DNA of 64,000 nucleotides from Octopus vulgaris (GCA_951406725.2 OX597834.1:27094001-27158000), one strand, 5' to 3'. Counted from the first letter of the stretch, positions 29,423-41,734 are shown. A program made the numbers and translations. Notes: generated by a model not told the origin, from the sequence alone.

Positions 29423-30908
29423 TGTTGTTTATTGTACCGAAGTTTGTGTTGTTCAACCTATTGTTGCTGTGGTTTTTGTTATTATAATTGTTGTTTGTGT
29501 TGTTGCTGTTGTTGTTGTTGTTGTTGTTATAAGCAGTGGTGGTGGTGGTAACAGTGGTTGCGGTGTTGGTGTTCGTAGTAGTATTATACGTAATACTGGG
29601 TTGACAGGTAGAAATTCCGCTGTTGCCCTCGACGGCAAACCGTGCATTAAACCCAGCCGGTTCCTCTGAAATCCTCGATGTATAATGCAATCCAAGGGCG
29701 GCGGCCGCCGTCACCGCCGAAGTGTTTGATGGCGCAGAAGACGAAGGAGACGAAGAGCCGGTTAGGGGCGAAGGGTTGTGGTGTACTGTGTCTGCTGATG
29801 GGTACCGTGCGGGTGAGAGCGAAGGGCTGTGGTGTGTTGCTGTGTCTAGGGAGTAGCGTGCGGGTGAGAGCGAAGAAGGGCTATGATGCGTTGCTGTGTC
29901 TAACGGGTACCGCGCAGGCGACAGCGAAGGACTGTGGTGTGTTGCTGCGTCTAGGGAGTAGCGTGCGGGTGAGAGCGAAGAAGGGCTGTGGTGCGTTGTA
30001 TCGAGCGGGTACCGCGCGGGTGAAGGTGAAAACGAAGGACTCTGATGTGCAGTATGTAACGGGTAGCGTGCGGGTGAAGGCGAAGCGGCGTTTCGTGGTG
30101 ACGACCCGCAACGGGTTGGCGGTTCGGCCGACGACACTGGCGGACTGAATGAGAAATGCGCCGCCGCCGCTGCCGCCAACGGTGCGTTGTTCGATACTAT
30201 CGTGGGGTGATGTCTAGAAACAAGACTGTCAACCCCGGTTACGTATGAAGCTGTCGTTGCTGGGGACAAAATTGTCACCCGCGACGGTGACAATTTCGTC
30301 AAAGGGTTAGCGGATACTGAAACCTTTACGGGTGACGATGACGGCGACACACCGTCGTCAAGGTGACACGGAAACTGTGTTTTGAGGGTCGGAGGCCAGG
30401 GTTTAGGATTCAAAACTCCGAGAGTTGTCGACGTCGTCGTCGTCGTAGTTCTTACAGGTATTATAGTTGTTGTTGTTGTTGCTGGTGGCGGTGGCGGTCG
30501 TGGTGGTGGTGGTGGTGGTTGTCGTGAGATCCTCCTTAAGAGACTGTAATTGTTGTTGTTGTTGTTTTTATCGGAACATCCGTAACGTAAGTCTCCAAAG
30601 TCGATATTGATAGCAACTTTTGTTTGTTGTTGCTGCTGCTGTTGTAGTAGATATTGTTGTTGTTGTTGTTGCTGTAGCAATGTTAGTAAGGACGCTCTTG
30701 TTTCTGTTGTTGTTGTTGGTGATGATGATGATAATAATAATGTCGATGAAGGTGATGAATATGACGACGACGACAACGATGAAAATGATGAAGATGATGA
30801 AGATGATGATGATGATGGCGATAGTGGTTGCAACGGTAGTGGCAGTGCTGGGGCCGGCGGTGGTGGTGGTGGTGGTTGGTGGTGGTGATGGTATTGGTGT
30901 TGGTATAG
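28629..30908 (-). CDS. Candidate large coding exon of an unidentified low-complexity protein (poly-S/Q/N/P/T/H tracts, SPARY repeats). The true start is uncertain, and the gene continues beyond an intron to the left.
   Basis: 760 stop-free codons after the TAG at 30911-30909. The embedded simple repeats are trinucleotide, unlike the di/tetranucleotide repeats that dominate elsewhere. The frame ends in phase 0 at the donor CAG|GTAGGT (28629/28628). The only in-frame ATG is at 28649-28647 (ACAATG, giving MLLLQSQ). No domain recognised. Confidence 0.6.
29765..30083 (-). repeat. In-frame coding minisatellite, 6 units of about 51-54 bp encoding SPARY(P/S)LD(T/A)xTHHSPS(S)L
   Basis: Six SPARY motifs in the translation. 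Unit length differences are multiples of 3. Confidence 0.85.
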
Positions 30909-31281
30909 CTAGTGGTGGTATCGATAATGACCACGAGGAGGGCAGCAGCGGCGGCGGTAATAGTGCTTAGCTAAAGGTTACGCCGATGATGCTGACGTTG
31001 ATGATGATGATGATGATAACAAATCTGATACAATTATTATTATTATTATTATTATTGTTGTTGTTCTACTTTTTGTCAATAGTTTTGCTGTTGTTTTTTG
31101 TTAGTAGTAGTAGTAGTAGTAGTAGAAGTCGCAGCAGTAGTAGTAGTGGTGGTGGTGGTGGTAGTGGTGGTTATAGTGTTATTATTATATTCCTCTTCGA
31201 TCCATTTAGTCCGGCCTCCTCCGTATTCTCCGGTTCATCTTTTTTCTTTTTTTTTTGTAATAGATCTTTTTTTTCTTCTTC

Positions 31282-31314
<33 letters not shown>

Positions 31315-31351
31315 TTGTTCGCTTTTCACCTCAATTATCACTAACACCAAT

Positions 31352-31383
<32 letters not shown>

Positions 31384-31481
31384 AAACAAAAACAATAACA
31401 ATAACAACCGCTGCTACTACTACTACTACTACTACTACTACAACAAACAACAACTACTGCTACTCCTACTACAACGTGTCG

Positions 31482-31529
<48 letters not shown>

Positions 31530-31559
31530 TATATATATATATATGTACTTATATATATA

Positions 31560-31629
<70 letters not shown>

Positions 31630-32389
31630 ATGTATATAGTTTGTTGTGGACGGACACCCGTCTATAAAAGCAGGCTTTCAGCGACGGCACCGCTCGCGCG
31701 AGTGCTGTTTGTCTTACTACTGCTGCTGCTGCGCCTGCTGCTGCTGCTGCTGCCGTTGATACCAGCAGCAGTAGTAGTAGTAGTAGTAGTCGTGGTGGCA
31801 GTGGTGGTGGTGGTGGTAGTGGTGGTAGTAGTATTAGAAACAGCAGTGGCAGTAGTTGTAGTAGTCGTGGTAAATAAGATCAGCAGCAGAAGTAGAGGAA
31901 AAAAAAAAATAGTAGAAATAATTGTAGTAGTAGTAGTAGTAGTAGTGGTAGTGGTAGTGGTAGTAGTAATGACGTCGGAGAATTATATGCTAGTGATAGT
32001 AGTAGTAGTAGTAGTAGTGGTGGTAGTAGTGGTAGTAGTAGTAGTAGTGGTAGTAGTAGTAGTGGTGGTGGTGGTGGTGGTATCGAAGTTGAAATCCGTC
32101 GCTGTTGTTGCCGCTGCCAACGAGGTTCACGTCGCCGCCAGCAACTGCTCAGCCTCTGCTGCTGCTGCTACTACTACTACTACTACTACTACTGCTGCTG
32201 CTATTGTTGTTTTTGTTGCTGTTCTTGTTATAGTTGTTGTTGTTGTTGTTGCTGTTGTTGCCGCTACTTACACGAACAGCACCATCACCACCACCGTGCT
32301 GGTTACTACCACTATAACTATCACAATCACCACCACCACCAGCACTACTACCACCACCTAAAATACTACTCGTGCTACTACAGCTGCAG

Positions 32390-32427
<38 letters not shown>

Positions 32428-32563
32428 GCAACCAGAACTACCACCGCAGCCGCCGCCTTCAACAACAATAACAGTCACAACCCAACCACCACTACCTTTG
32501 TAACAACTCCTACAACTTTTGATGCTTTCACTTACAAACTACTGCTGCTGCTGCTGCTGTTAC

Positions 32564-32594
<31 letters not shown>

Positions 32595-33000
32595 AATGTT
32601 CTTGTCGGTAACGTTGGTACAGTTGTTGTTGCTGTTAATGTTGCTGCTGGTGTAGATGATAATGATGCTGATGATGATGATATCGGTGTTATTTTTGAGA
32701 ACGATAGTGTGATTGTTGATGATGATAATGATGATAATGATGATGAAGATGATAATGATGATAATGATGATGTATGTTAATATTGTTGATGTTATTACTG
32801 TAGCTGATGATAATGTTGACGATAACGTAGGTGATAATATTGTGGATAATGTTTAGTATTGTTGATTTTCATGTTGATAATGTTGGTATTGTTAATCCTT
32901 GATAATATTTGTCTTTTTTGATGTTGATAATGTTGGGGTTGATTTTGATGCTGATAATGTTGACGGTTGTTGATAATACCAGTGGTTCTGAAACTGATAA

Positions 33001-33379
33001 TGTTTGATATTGCTATTTTAACGCTGATAATGTTTGATATTGCTATTTTAACGCTGATAATGTTGATATTGCTATTTTAACGCTGATAAAGTTGATATTG
33101 CTATTTTAACGCTGATAATGTTGATATTGCTATTTTAACGCTGATAATGTTGATATTGCTATTTTAACGCTGATAATGTTGATATTGCTATTTTAACGCT
33201 GATAATGTTGATATTGCTATTTTAACGCTGATAATGTTGATATTGCTATTTTAACGCTGATAAAGTTGATATTGCTATTTTAACGCTGATAATGTTGATA
33301 TTGCTATTTTAACGCTGATAATGTTGATATTGCTATTTTAACGCTGATAATGTTGATATTGCTATTTTAACGCTGATAA
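33001..33379. repeat. 29/30-bp minisatellite, 13 copies (TGTTGATATTGCTATTTTAACGCTGATAA)
   Basis: Direct count: two 30-mers, then eleven 29-mers. Confidence 0.95.
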
Positions 33380-33510
33380 TGTTTCAGGCTACTGGTTGCC
33401 GATAATGTTGGTGCTTATGATATCGATAATGCTCGTTGCAAATAATGCTGGCTTTACTGTTGATATTGTTAGTGATGAAGCTGATAATACTTATAATGTT
33501 GATTTTTAAA

Positions 33511-33767
33511 TTGATAATTTTGAAGTTGATAATTTTGAAGTTGATAATTTTGAAGTTGATAATTTTGGAGTTGATAATTTTGGAGTTGATAATTTTGAAG
33601 TTGATAATTTTGGAGTTGATAATTTTGAAGTTGATAATTTTGAAGTTGATAATTGTTGATTTTTAAATTGATAATTTTGAAGTTGATAATTTTGAAGTTG
33701 ATAATTTTGAAGTTGATAATTTTGAAGTTGATAATTTTGAAGTTGATAATTTTGAAGTTGATAATTT
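33511..33767. repeat. 15-bp minisatellite (TTGATAATTTTGRAG), about 15 full copies in two blocks
   Basis: Direct inspection. Confidence 0.95.
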
Positions 33768-34000
33768 CGGCGTTAATAGTTAATAGTAATAACGTTCACG
33801 CTGCATTATCCACAGTGTTTCATTTATTGTTCTTGTTTTTGTTGTTGTTCCTATTACTGCTTCCGTTGTTGTTGTTGCTGCTGATGTCCTTCAAGCTGCG
33901 GCTATTGCTGCTGTTGTATTTGACATTGATCGTTAGTAACCGTAATAAGCTGGGTGTTTTCCTACTGATCTTGTTGCTGTTAATGTTGTTGCCTTTACCA

Positions 34001-34033
<33 letters not shown>

Positions 34034-34037
34034 TTAC

Positions 34038-34069
<32 letters not shown>

Positions 34070-34192
34070 TTGGTTTGATTAATTATCATTGCTTAGACTA
34101 AAGTAAGTAATCACGGTGGTGCTCCAGTATGACCGCAGCCGTATGGTTGAAACAAATGAAAGAAGTATATATGTATATAAGGGTGTGCGTGT

Positions 34193-34228
<36 letters not shown>

Positions 34229-34336
34229 ATGTGTCACACACTACCGCACGACGACCGCTATTGATGCGTTTACGTCCCGTAACTTAGCAGTTCCACAAAA
34301 GAGACCGATAGAATAAGTACCAGGCTTTACAACAAC

Positions 34337-34389
<53 letters not shown>

Positions 34390-34845
34390 TAAGTACTGGA
34401 GTTGATAAGTTCGACTAAAATTCTTCAATGTGGTGCCCCAGCATGGCCACAGTCTAATGACTGCAACAAATAGAAGGTAAAAGATAAAATATGTGTGTGT
34501 GTGTGTATTTAGTGATGCTTGGTAAGCGCTAACGAACGAAACTCTCAGCCCTTGAGTCCCTCTATTGATTCTGATTGATATCAGTAATATATATTACATA
34601 TATATATATATCTTATAATAATGTTGTTTATGCTGATGTTACATCTAAATCACATTGTTGCAAATTTTGTTACCGTTGCAGTTGTTGTTGTTTCTGCTGT
34701 TGCATTTGCCGACAGCGCTTGTGCTGGTAATAGTAGTAACGGTGGCAGTGGTGAGCACATCAAAATTTGGAAAACATCAGAAAAGCTAGCGGCTACCACA
34801 CCACCGTCAACAAGATCAGTACCAGCAAAATCATTGGCAGTAATT

Positions 34846-34885
<40 letters not shown>

Positions 34886-35880
34886 AAGAAGTAGTAGTAG
34901 TATTGGCGGCGCTTGTGTTGATGGTGATTTTTTTGTGGGTGTGTGCGTGAGAGGTGGGTGGTGTTGAATCTAAAAGTTGGAACGTGGGTTTCCTCCACGT
35001 GGGTCTGCTGTGATCCCACGTGGGTTTACTTCCAGCTCTTCGCACTCGAATCCTAACCTGGATAGCTACTGGGTGTTATTGGGATGACCTTGAAATGTCG
35101 CAATCAACCGGAGTGGTATTGCATTATGGTAACACCTGCAACGACAATGAAAGTCGGATTAACAAAAAAATAAAATAAATTCACGTCTTTAGACTAACAA
35201 CAGTGGTAATAGTGGTGGTGGTGGGTGGTGGTGGTGGTACGGATGGTGGTGGTGGTGATGGTGATAGTGGTGGTGGTAGTGATGGTGGTGATGGTGGCGG
35301 TGGTGGTGGTGGTGGTGATGGCGGTGGTGATGGTGGCGGTGGTGGTGGTGGTGGTGATGGCGGTGGTGATGGTGGCGGTGGTGGAAGTACGGATAATAGT
35401 GGTTGTGGTGGTAGTGGTGGTGGTAGTTGTGATGGAGGGGAGGGCGACATTAAGAGTAAATTCGGTGGTGTTTTGGTGGTTGTGTTTGTGTGGTGGTGGT
35501 GATAATGTTACTGTTGGTGTATGTGGGGGGCGAGTGATGTTAGAATTGGTTGTGGGACTGAGTTTGCATTTGTGTTGGTGGATTTGATGACGACAATTAT
35601 GACGATGACAACGACGACAATGACAACGATGATAATGATGATGATCTTGGTGATTGTGGTGAAGGTGTTGGGTACATAACCAATATCCTACGCAACACAT
35701 TATAAGTTCTGTATTCTTACTCTCACAGTGATCATCACTATCCCTCACCCCTCGCCCCCACTATATGCAACCTCCACAAAATCTGACAACTCAGACACAA
35801 CCTACACAACAAACATTACAGAATCACTGCCACCAATAATATAACAGGATCTTTACCTTTTGACCGACAGATTTAAAAAA

Positions 35881-36284
35881 TAAGTAGCTTGCTAACCAAC
35901 CACATGGTTCCGGGTTCAGTCCCACTGCGTGGCATCTTGGGCAAGTGTCTTCTGCTATAGCCCTAGGCCGACCAATGCCTTGTGAGTGGATTTGGTAGAC
36001 GGAAACTGAAAGAAGCCTGTCGTATATATGTATATATATACATATATGTATATATGTGTGTGTGTTTGTGTGTCTGTGTTTGTCCCCCTAGCATTGCTTG
36101 ACAACCGATGCTGGAGTGTTTACGTCCCCGTCATTTAGCGGTTCGGCAAAAGAGACCGATAGAATAAGTACTGGGCTTACAAAGAATAAGTCCCGGGGTC
36201 GAGTTGTTCGACTAAAGGCAGTGCTCCAGCATGGCCGCAGTCAAATGACTGAAACAAGTAAAAGAGTAAAAGAGTAAAAGAGTA
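35881..36284 (+). mobile_element. SINE family A, slightly 5' truncated
   Basis: Family match with tail. Confidence 0.9.
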
Positions 36285-36558
36285 TCTAAACAATTTCAAA
36301 CTTCGGACACTGGTAGAATGTGTCATATAAAACATCTTTTACTCTTAACGTTTTTGAGAAAAGCTTATATTTACGAAGTTATTTCGCGTTAAAGTTGTAG
36401 TATTTCGGTAATTTCAACCAATCAATGACGTGTATTCAGCTAAATAAAATTACTGCTGTTGTTTGCCAACAAGAACTTTCGGCGGTGTATATTTCGTTCG
36501 TCACTGTAAGCGCAACAAATATCCTCACGTGATCAATAATCAGTATTAAAACACCACC

Positions 36559-36617
<59 letters not shown>

Positions 36618-36925
36618 ACTCACACCACATTCTCCATCGGTAATTATGAGTTATCAATCACTTTATTCTTTACTTCAGCATCCTCTATCGAGTGAGAGCG
36701 ATTTACAGATGCGATTTACAAATTAAGTACCAGTGAGACACTCGGGTCGATGTAATCGACTAGTCCCCTCTCCCAAAATTTCAAGGTCTTGTGTCTTCGG
36801 TAGAAAGGATTACGTTACTCCTGTTTAAACGCAAAACACCTCAAACAACACACATACATTCTTTTTTTGCCCTGTACTGTCCATAATGCTTTTCTTAATG
36901 TAAACCCTTTGTGTTTAATAAAGAA

Positions 36926-36987
<62 letters not shown>

Positions 36988-37178
36988 CATTCAGTAGTTT
37001 TATTTTTATAGCGTGCTTTCACTTCACTACCGAGCGCAGCTCTGTGTGCCTTGGGTATGTGCTGCGATTTGTTGTGATGCTCTGATGGTTATTGTATGGA
37101 AAGTGTTCTGCGTAGGATGTGTGCAGTGCCTAGTAGTGCAATTTTCTGTATGTTATATGTGTTTGTAAGTCATTGTTT
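36988..37178 (-). mobile_element. 3' end of an R4-clade (Dong/Rex6-like) LINE abutting (TAA)n
   Basis: The minus strand encodes YNIQKIALLGTAHILRRTLSIQ*, followed by a short UTR and the (TAA)n tract. Confidence 0.75.
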
Positions 37179-37405
37179 CAGTGTTTATATTAATGGGCAT
37201 CGTTGTGTGGCTTCTATCTACATTTTCCTGGTGTATTTTTTCTTTTAGATATTTTATTTCTATTTCTGATATTTTTTTTTGCTTTGAGAATGTATCTTCG
37301 TACGTTAGCTATTTTATTAGGGTTCATTACTGTATCCAAGTCTATATTTATGTTATTTTCCTTCCATATTTTATATGTATGTGTTGTTGTGTTTACATTT
37401 TTGGG

Positions 37406-37454
<49 letters not shown>

Positions 37455-37531
37455 TACTACTACCCTACTATTACTATTATTATTATTATTACTACTACTA
37501 CTGCTACTACTACTACTACTACTACTACTAT

Positions 37532-37590
<59 letters not shown>

Positions 37591-37843
37591 TTATTATTAT
37601 TATTATTATTTTATTATTAGTCAATTGGTTAACCACTTAATCGATGAACTCATCGATTAATTGAGTAATCGTTCGCTCAATCAATCAGCTAGGTTTGTTA
37701 TTGATGAAATCACGGCTGATGTCGAAAAGACTTTAATATCAGAACGATTACTCAAACGATCGATTAGTTAATTTGTTAAATGATAAGAAAATTGACTTAT
37801 AATAATAATAATAATAATAATAATATTAATAATAATAATAATA

Positions 37844-37911
<68 letters not shown>

Positions 37912-37927
37912 AATAATAATAATAATA

Positions 37928-37990
<63 letters not shown>

Positions 37991-37992
37991 GA

Positions 37993-38245
37993 TGTCCTGA
38001 TGCAGTACAAGGCAGTGGCTCTCATGCCTTCTGATCTTAACTGATTGGAAGTGTTATCATGTACATTGATTTGTCTTGGTATAAAAGATGGGCTACAGCA
38101 AATATTCTGATCAATACCACAGATTTGCTTGTCAGTTTGACCTTAACCAGTTGAGCATGTCCCTTAGTGGCTGATGATATGTGCATCTCTGATCACGAGC
38201 AGAAGTAGTGGAGGAGTATCATAGCCATGTGTTGAGAGGGATTCT
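37993..38245. mobile_element. Truncated family F copy within (TAA)n
   Basis: Matches 58697-58952. Confidence 0.85.
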
Positions 38246-38286
38246 TAATAATGATAATAATAACAATAATAATAATAATAATAATG

Positions 38287-38347
<61 letters not shown>

Positions 38348-38371
38348 TAATAATAATAATAATAATAATAA

Positions 38372-38826
38372 TAAAAGACCAAAACAATAAAGTTTGCTTA
38401 TTGATCGACATGAGCATCCCCTGTGATCATAATATCTCGGCAAAAGAGTTTGACAAGCTCAGAAAATATAAAGACCTGCTCATTGAAATTGAGAAAATGT
38501 GGCATCTCAAGGCGGTTACAATAACAGTGATTGTAGGAGCACTAGGAATGATCAAGAAGGGAACCGAAAATTATATGAGAATGATCCCTGGCTTACCATC
38601 CCTGCAAGAAGTGCAAAAGATTGTCTTAACTGGTACATCACACGTATTGAGAAGAGCATTGTCGATGTGAGAACTATTACTACCCATGTATTTTAATTTA
38701 ACTTTAAAAAAAAAAAAATGAACGAACTAGTGAGTTTAGTTTAATGGCCTACCAATGTATGCTATGAGTTTCTTTGTCCTAGGAGTCGGGAAGACACTCG
38801 GCAAGAAATGGAAGCAAATTTGAAAG
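38372..38826 (+). mobile_element. 5'-truncated R4-clade LINE (restriction-like endonuclease domain plus 3' UTR) within (TAA)n
   Basis: CLLIDMSIPCDHNI..KEFDKLRKYKDL..EIEKMW..VIVGALG..EVQKIVLTGTSHVLRRALSM*. (TAA)n lies on both sides. Confidence 0.88.
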
Positions 38827-38839
38827 AAGAAAAATAAAG

Positions 38840-38897
<58 letters not shown>

Positions 38898-38899
<2 letters not shown>

Positions 38900-39385
38900 T
38901 GACTGTCCCAATCGATATAAACGCATCTGTCAAGACCTACCAAAAGCTGAGCAAATATAAAGATCTTGAAATAGAAATCAGCAAAATGTGGAAGCTGAAG
39001 ACTAAAACAATACCTGTTGTCATAGGTGCCCTGGGAATGATAGCGAAAGGGACTAATTGCTACCTAACTCAGATACCAGGAAACCCCAAAATGGCAGAAA
39101 TTCAAAAGATAGTGCTCATGGGAACTGCTCATATCCTACGCAAAATACTCTCTATGTAATTAATCCCAAGGTTTAAAACAAACTTTTTTTTTTATGTATT
39201 TAATTTTATTTTATTTATTTATTTATTTTTTTAAATTTTATTTTTATGTATTAGACATTCACTAGTACAACACCAAAAAAAAAAAACCCAAATATATGGC
39301 ACAGAACTTCCAACCTGTTGTCTCTTGAGGTCTCTGGGTGAGACTTGGAGCCAACTTGTACAGACATAAAGCAAAAGTCAAACAG
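38898..39385 (+). mobile_element. Second, distinct 5'-truncated R4-clade LINE within (TAA)n
   Basis: MTVPIDIN..KLSKYKDLEIEISKMW..IPVVIGALG..EIQKIVLMGTAHILRKILSM*. It has a different 3' UTR and (TAA)n flanks. Confidence 0.88.
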
Positions 39386-39780
39386 AATAATAATAATAAA
39401 AATAAAAGAAGTGAAATAGAACCAGTGCGTGTGTTTATCAGTGGTATAATGACTGTCCTGATGTACAACAATATCTGTTTTAACACATGAATTCACCTTA
39501 AGAACCTTGCAAACCAAATACAAAAACGAAATACCTAAATACGTTATTTCTAAGGACACCGCGAACTCCACCTTCTACATAGCCAATACTATCAAGGCGC
39601 TTCTTTCAGATTTAATGCCTGCATGTGAGTTTACAAGGTCCCTGTCGCATCGATTACAACAGAGGCTCCGTCACTCTGTGTTATTTTACACAATTACCAC
39701 CCAACACATTAATTTAACCTATACACTACATATTATACGTTGTCAACGCACTGCTCTAACAAACGCGAGCGCGCCTGAAA

Positions 39781-40680
39781 AATATAGAACTGCACTTGGT
39801 GATGCGATTGAATCTTGTATGAAAGACATTGAACAATATCCTCTGAGGATAGCCATGAGCACGGTCTAGAAATATAGAACTGCACTTGGTGAGGCGATTG
39901 AATCTTGTATGAAAGACATTGAACAATATCCTCTGAGGATAGCCATGAGCACGGTCTAGAAATATAGAACTGCACTTGGTGAGGCGATTGAATCTTGTAT
40001 GAAAGACATTGAACAATATCCTCTGAGGATAGCCATGAGCGCGGTCTAGAAATATAGAACTGCACTTGGTGAGGCGATTGAATCTTGTATGAAAGACATT
40101 GAACAATATCCTCTGAGGATAGCCATGAGCACGGTCTAGAAATATAGAACTGCACTTGGTGAGGCGATTGAATCTTGTATGAAAGACATTGAACAATATC
40201 CTCTGAGGATAGCCATGAGCGCGGTCTAGAAATATAGAACTGCACTTGGTGAGGCGATTGAATCTTGTATGAAAGACATTGAACAATATCCTCTGAGGAT
40301 AGCCATGAGCGCGGTCTAGAAATATAGAACTGCACTTGGTGAGGCGATTGAATCTTGTATGAAAGACATTGAACAATATCCTCTGAGGATAGCCATGAGC
40401 GCGGTCTAGAAATATAGAACTGCACTTGGTGAGGCGATTGAGTCTTGTATGAAAGACATTGAACAATATCCTCTGAGGATAGCCATGAGCACGGTCTAGA
40501 AATATAGAACTGCACTTGGTGAGGCGATTGAATCTTGTATGAAAGACATTGAACAATATCCTCTGAGGATAGCCATGAGCACGGTCTAGAAATATAGAAC
40601 TGCACTTGGTGAAGTGGAAGAAGCTTGTAGGAAAGTCATTGAAGAATATCCTCTGAGGATGGCCATGAGCGCGGTCTAGA
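39781..40680. repeat. 90-bp tandem array, 10 copies (last one diverged)
   Basis: Exact 90-bp period. Units 1-9 differ mainly at one A/G site, and each unit has one XbaI site. Confidence 0.97.
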
Positions 40681-41316
40681 AAATGTTGTAGAGCTTCCAC
40701 TAGTTATGGTAAACTATACATCTTCATACCATGTATGTTAGGTAGTTAACCATACATACAAGTTTTCCTTTTCTCCATGTCACTGATGTTTATCCAAGAG
40801 AAAAGCCTGCTCTTTCGGGCCGATACAATGTGGAACCAGTTCGACCTTAGACATTGCTGTCCTAAGAACCAAAGAGATATATCATAAATCGCCTTGCTTG
40901 AAATCATTGACAGTTTCGTCAAACTACCACCCAGGATTTGAATTTTTTTTTTTTTTTTTTTGCTTTATCGGCACCGAAAGAATGACAGACAAAGTTGACA
41001 TCGACAGAATTTGACCTCAGAACGAAGAGAGTCGGAATAAATACTGCGAGGAATTCTGTCCGCTGTTCTACTGACTCGGCCATTTCGCCTTCTTCCATGA
41101 AAATGATAATGTTAGGATGTGTAAACAATGTTAGAGTGTTTACAGGTACTTATTTCATCGACGTTGAAAGGATGATGTAGAAGTCGACCGCGGTGACACC
41201 AAATTCAGGGATAAGGCTGGCAGTTTCGACTCCAGTATATGACTGGTACTTTAATTTACCGACCCCGGAAGAGGTATATAAATTTCAAAAGCAGCAGGAT
41301 TTTATAAAACGATTGA

Positions 41317-41632
41317 GTGGAGTGACTTATCTAAGATGTTAGGAAGCTGAGCAGATTGCCTTGTCTAAGATGTTGGAATTCGAGACGAGTGTCTTGTCTA
41401 AAGTATTATGGAAATAGAGAGTTAAGTATCTTTTCTAAGCCTAAGATGTTTGAGCTATTTGTTTGAATGTCTTGTCTAAGATGCTGTGAAAGTAGAAACG
41501 AGTGTCTCGTCTAAGTCGGACGCATTTGAAGCTGAGTTGAGTGTCTAGTGGAAGATGTTAAGTGAAGTTTTGCTGAGTGATTTGTTTAAGATATTAGGGA
41601 AACTGAGCTGAGTGACTTGCTTAAGATGCTTA
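41317..41632. repeat. Degenerate ~35-bp minisatellite with core GAGTGTCTTGTCTAAGATG
   Basis: About 9 recognisable cores with variable linkers. Confidence 0.7.
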
Positions 41633-41734
41633 GAAAAAATTGAAATAAAAGTATGAAATAAAAATAAAAGTAAATAACTTTTAAATATCAAAAAGAAAAA
41701 CATTATAAAAAACAGCGTCATTCGAACCAGGTAT

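Noticed and set aside
31663-31670. TATAAAAG promoter element
   Set aside because: It is oriented opposite to the candidate gene, and such a motif is expected by chance in AT-rich DNA.
31543-35748. Poly-V, poly-L, poly-P and poly-G ORFs upstream of the main exon
   Set aside because: Trinucleotide-repeat translations interrupted by stops, with no consistent frame linking them to the 28629-30908 frame.
39733-40700. 290-aa and 314-aa repeat proteins, or a CRISPR array
   Set aside because: The frames are open because the unit is 90 bp and stop-free. There are no unique spacers or cas genes, and the context is eukaryotic.
41317-41632. CRISPR-like repeat/spacer pattern
   Set aside because: The repeats are degenerate and the linkers are short and related to each other, so this is a decayed minisatellite.
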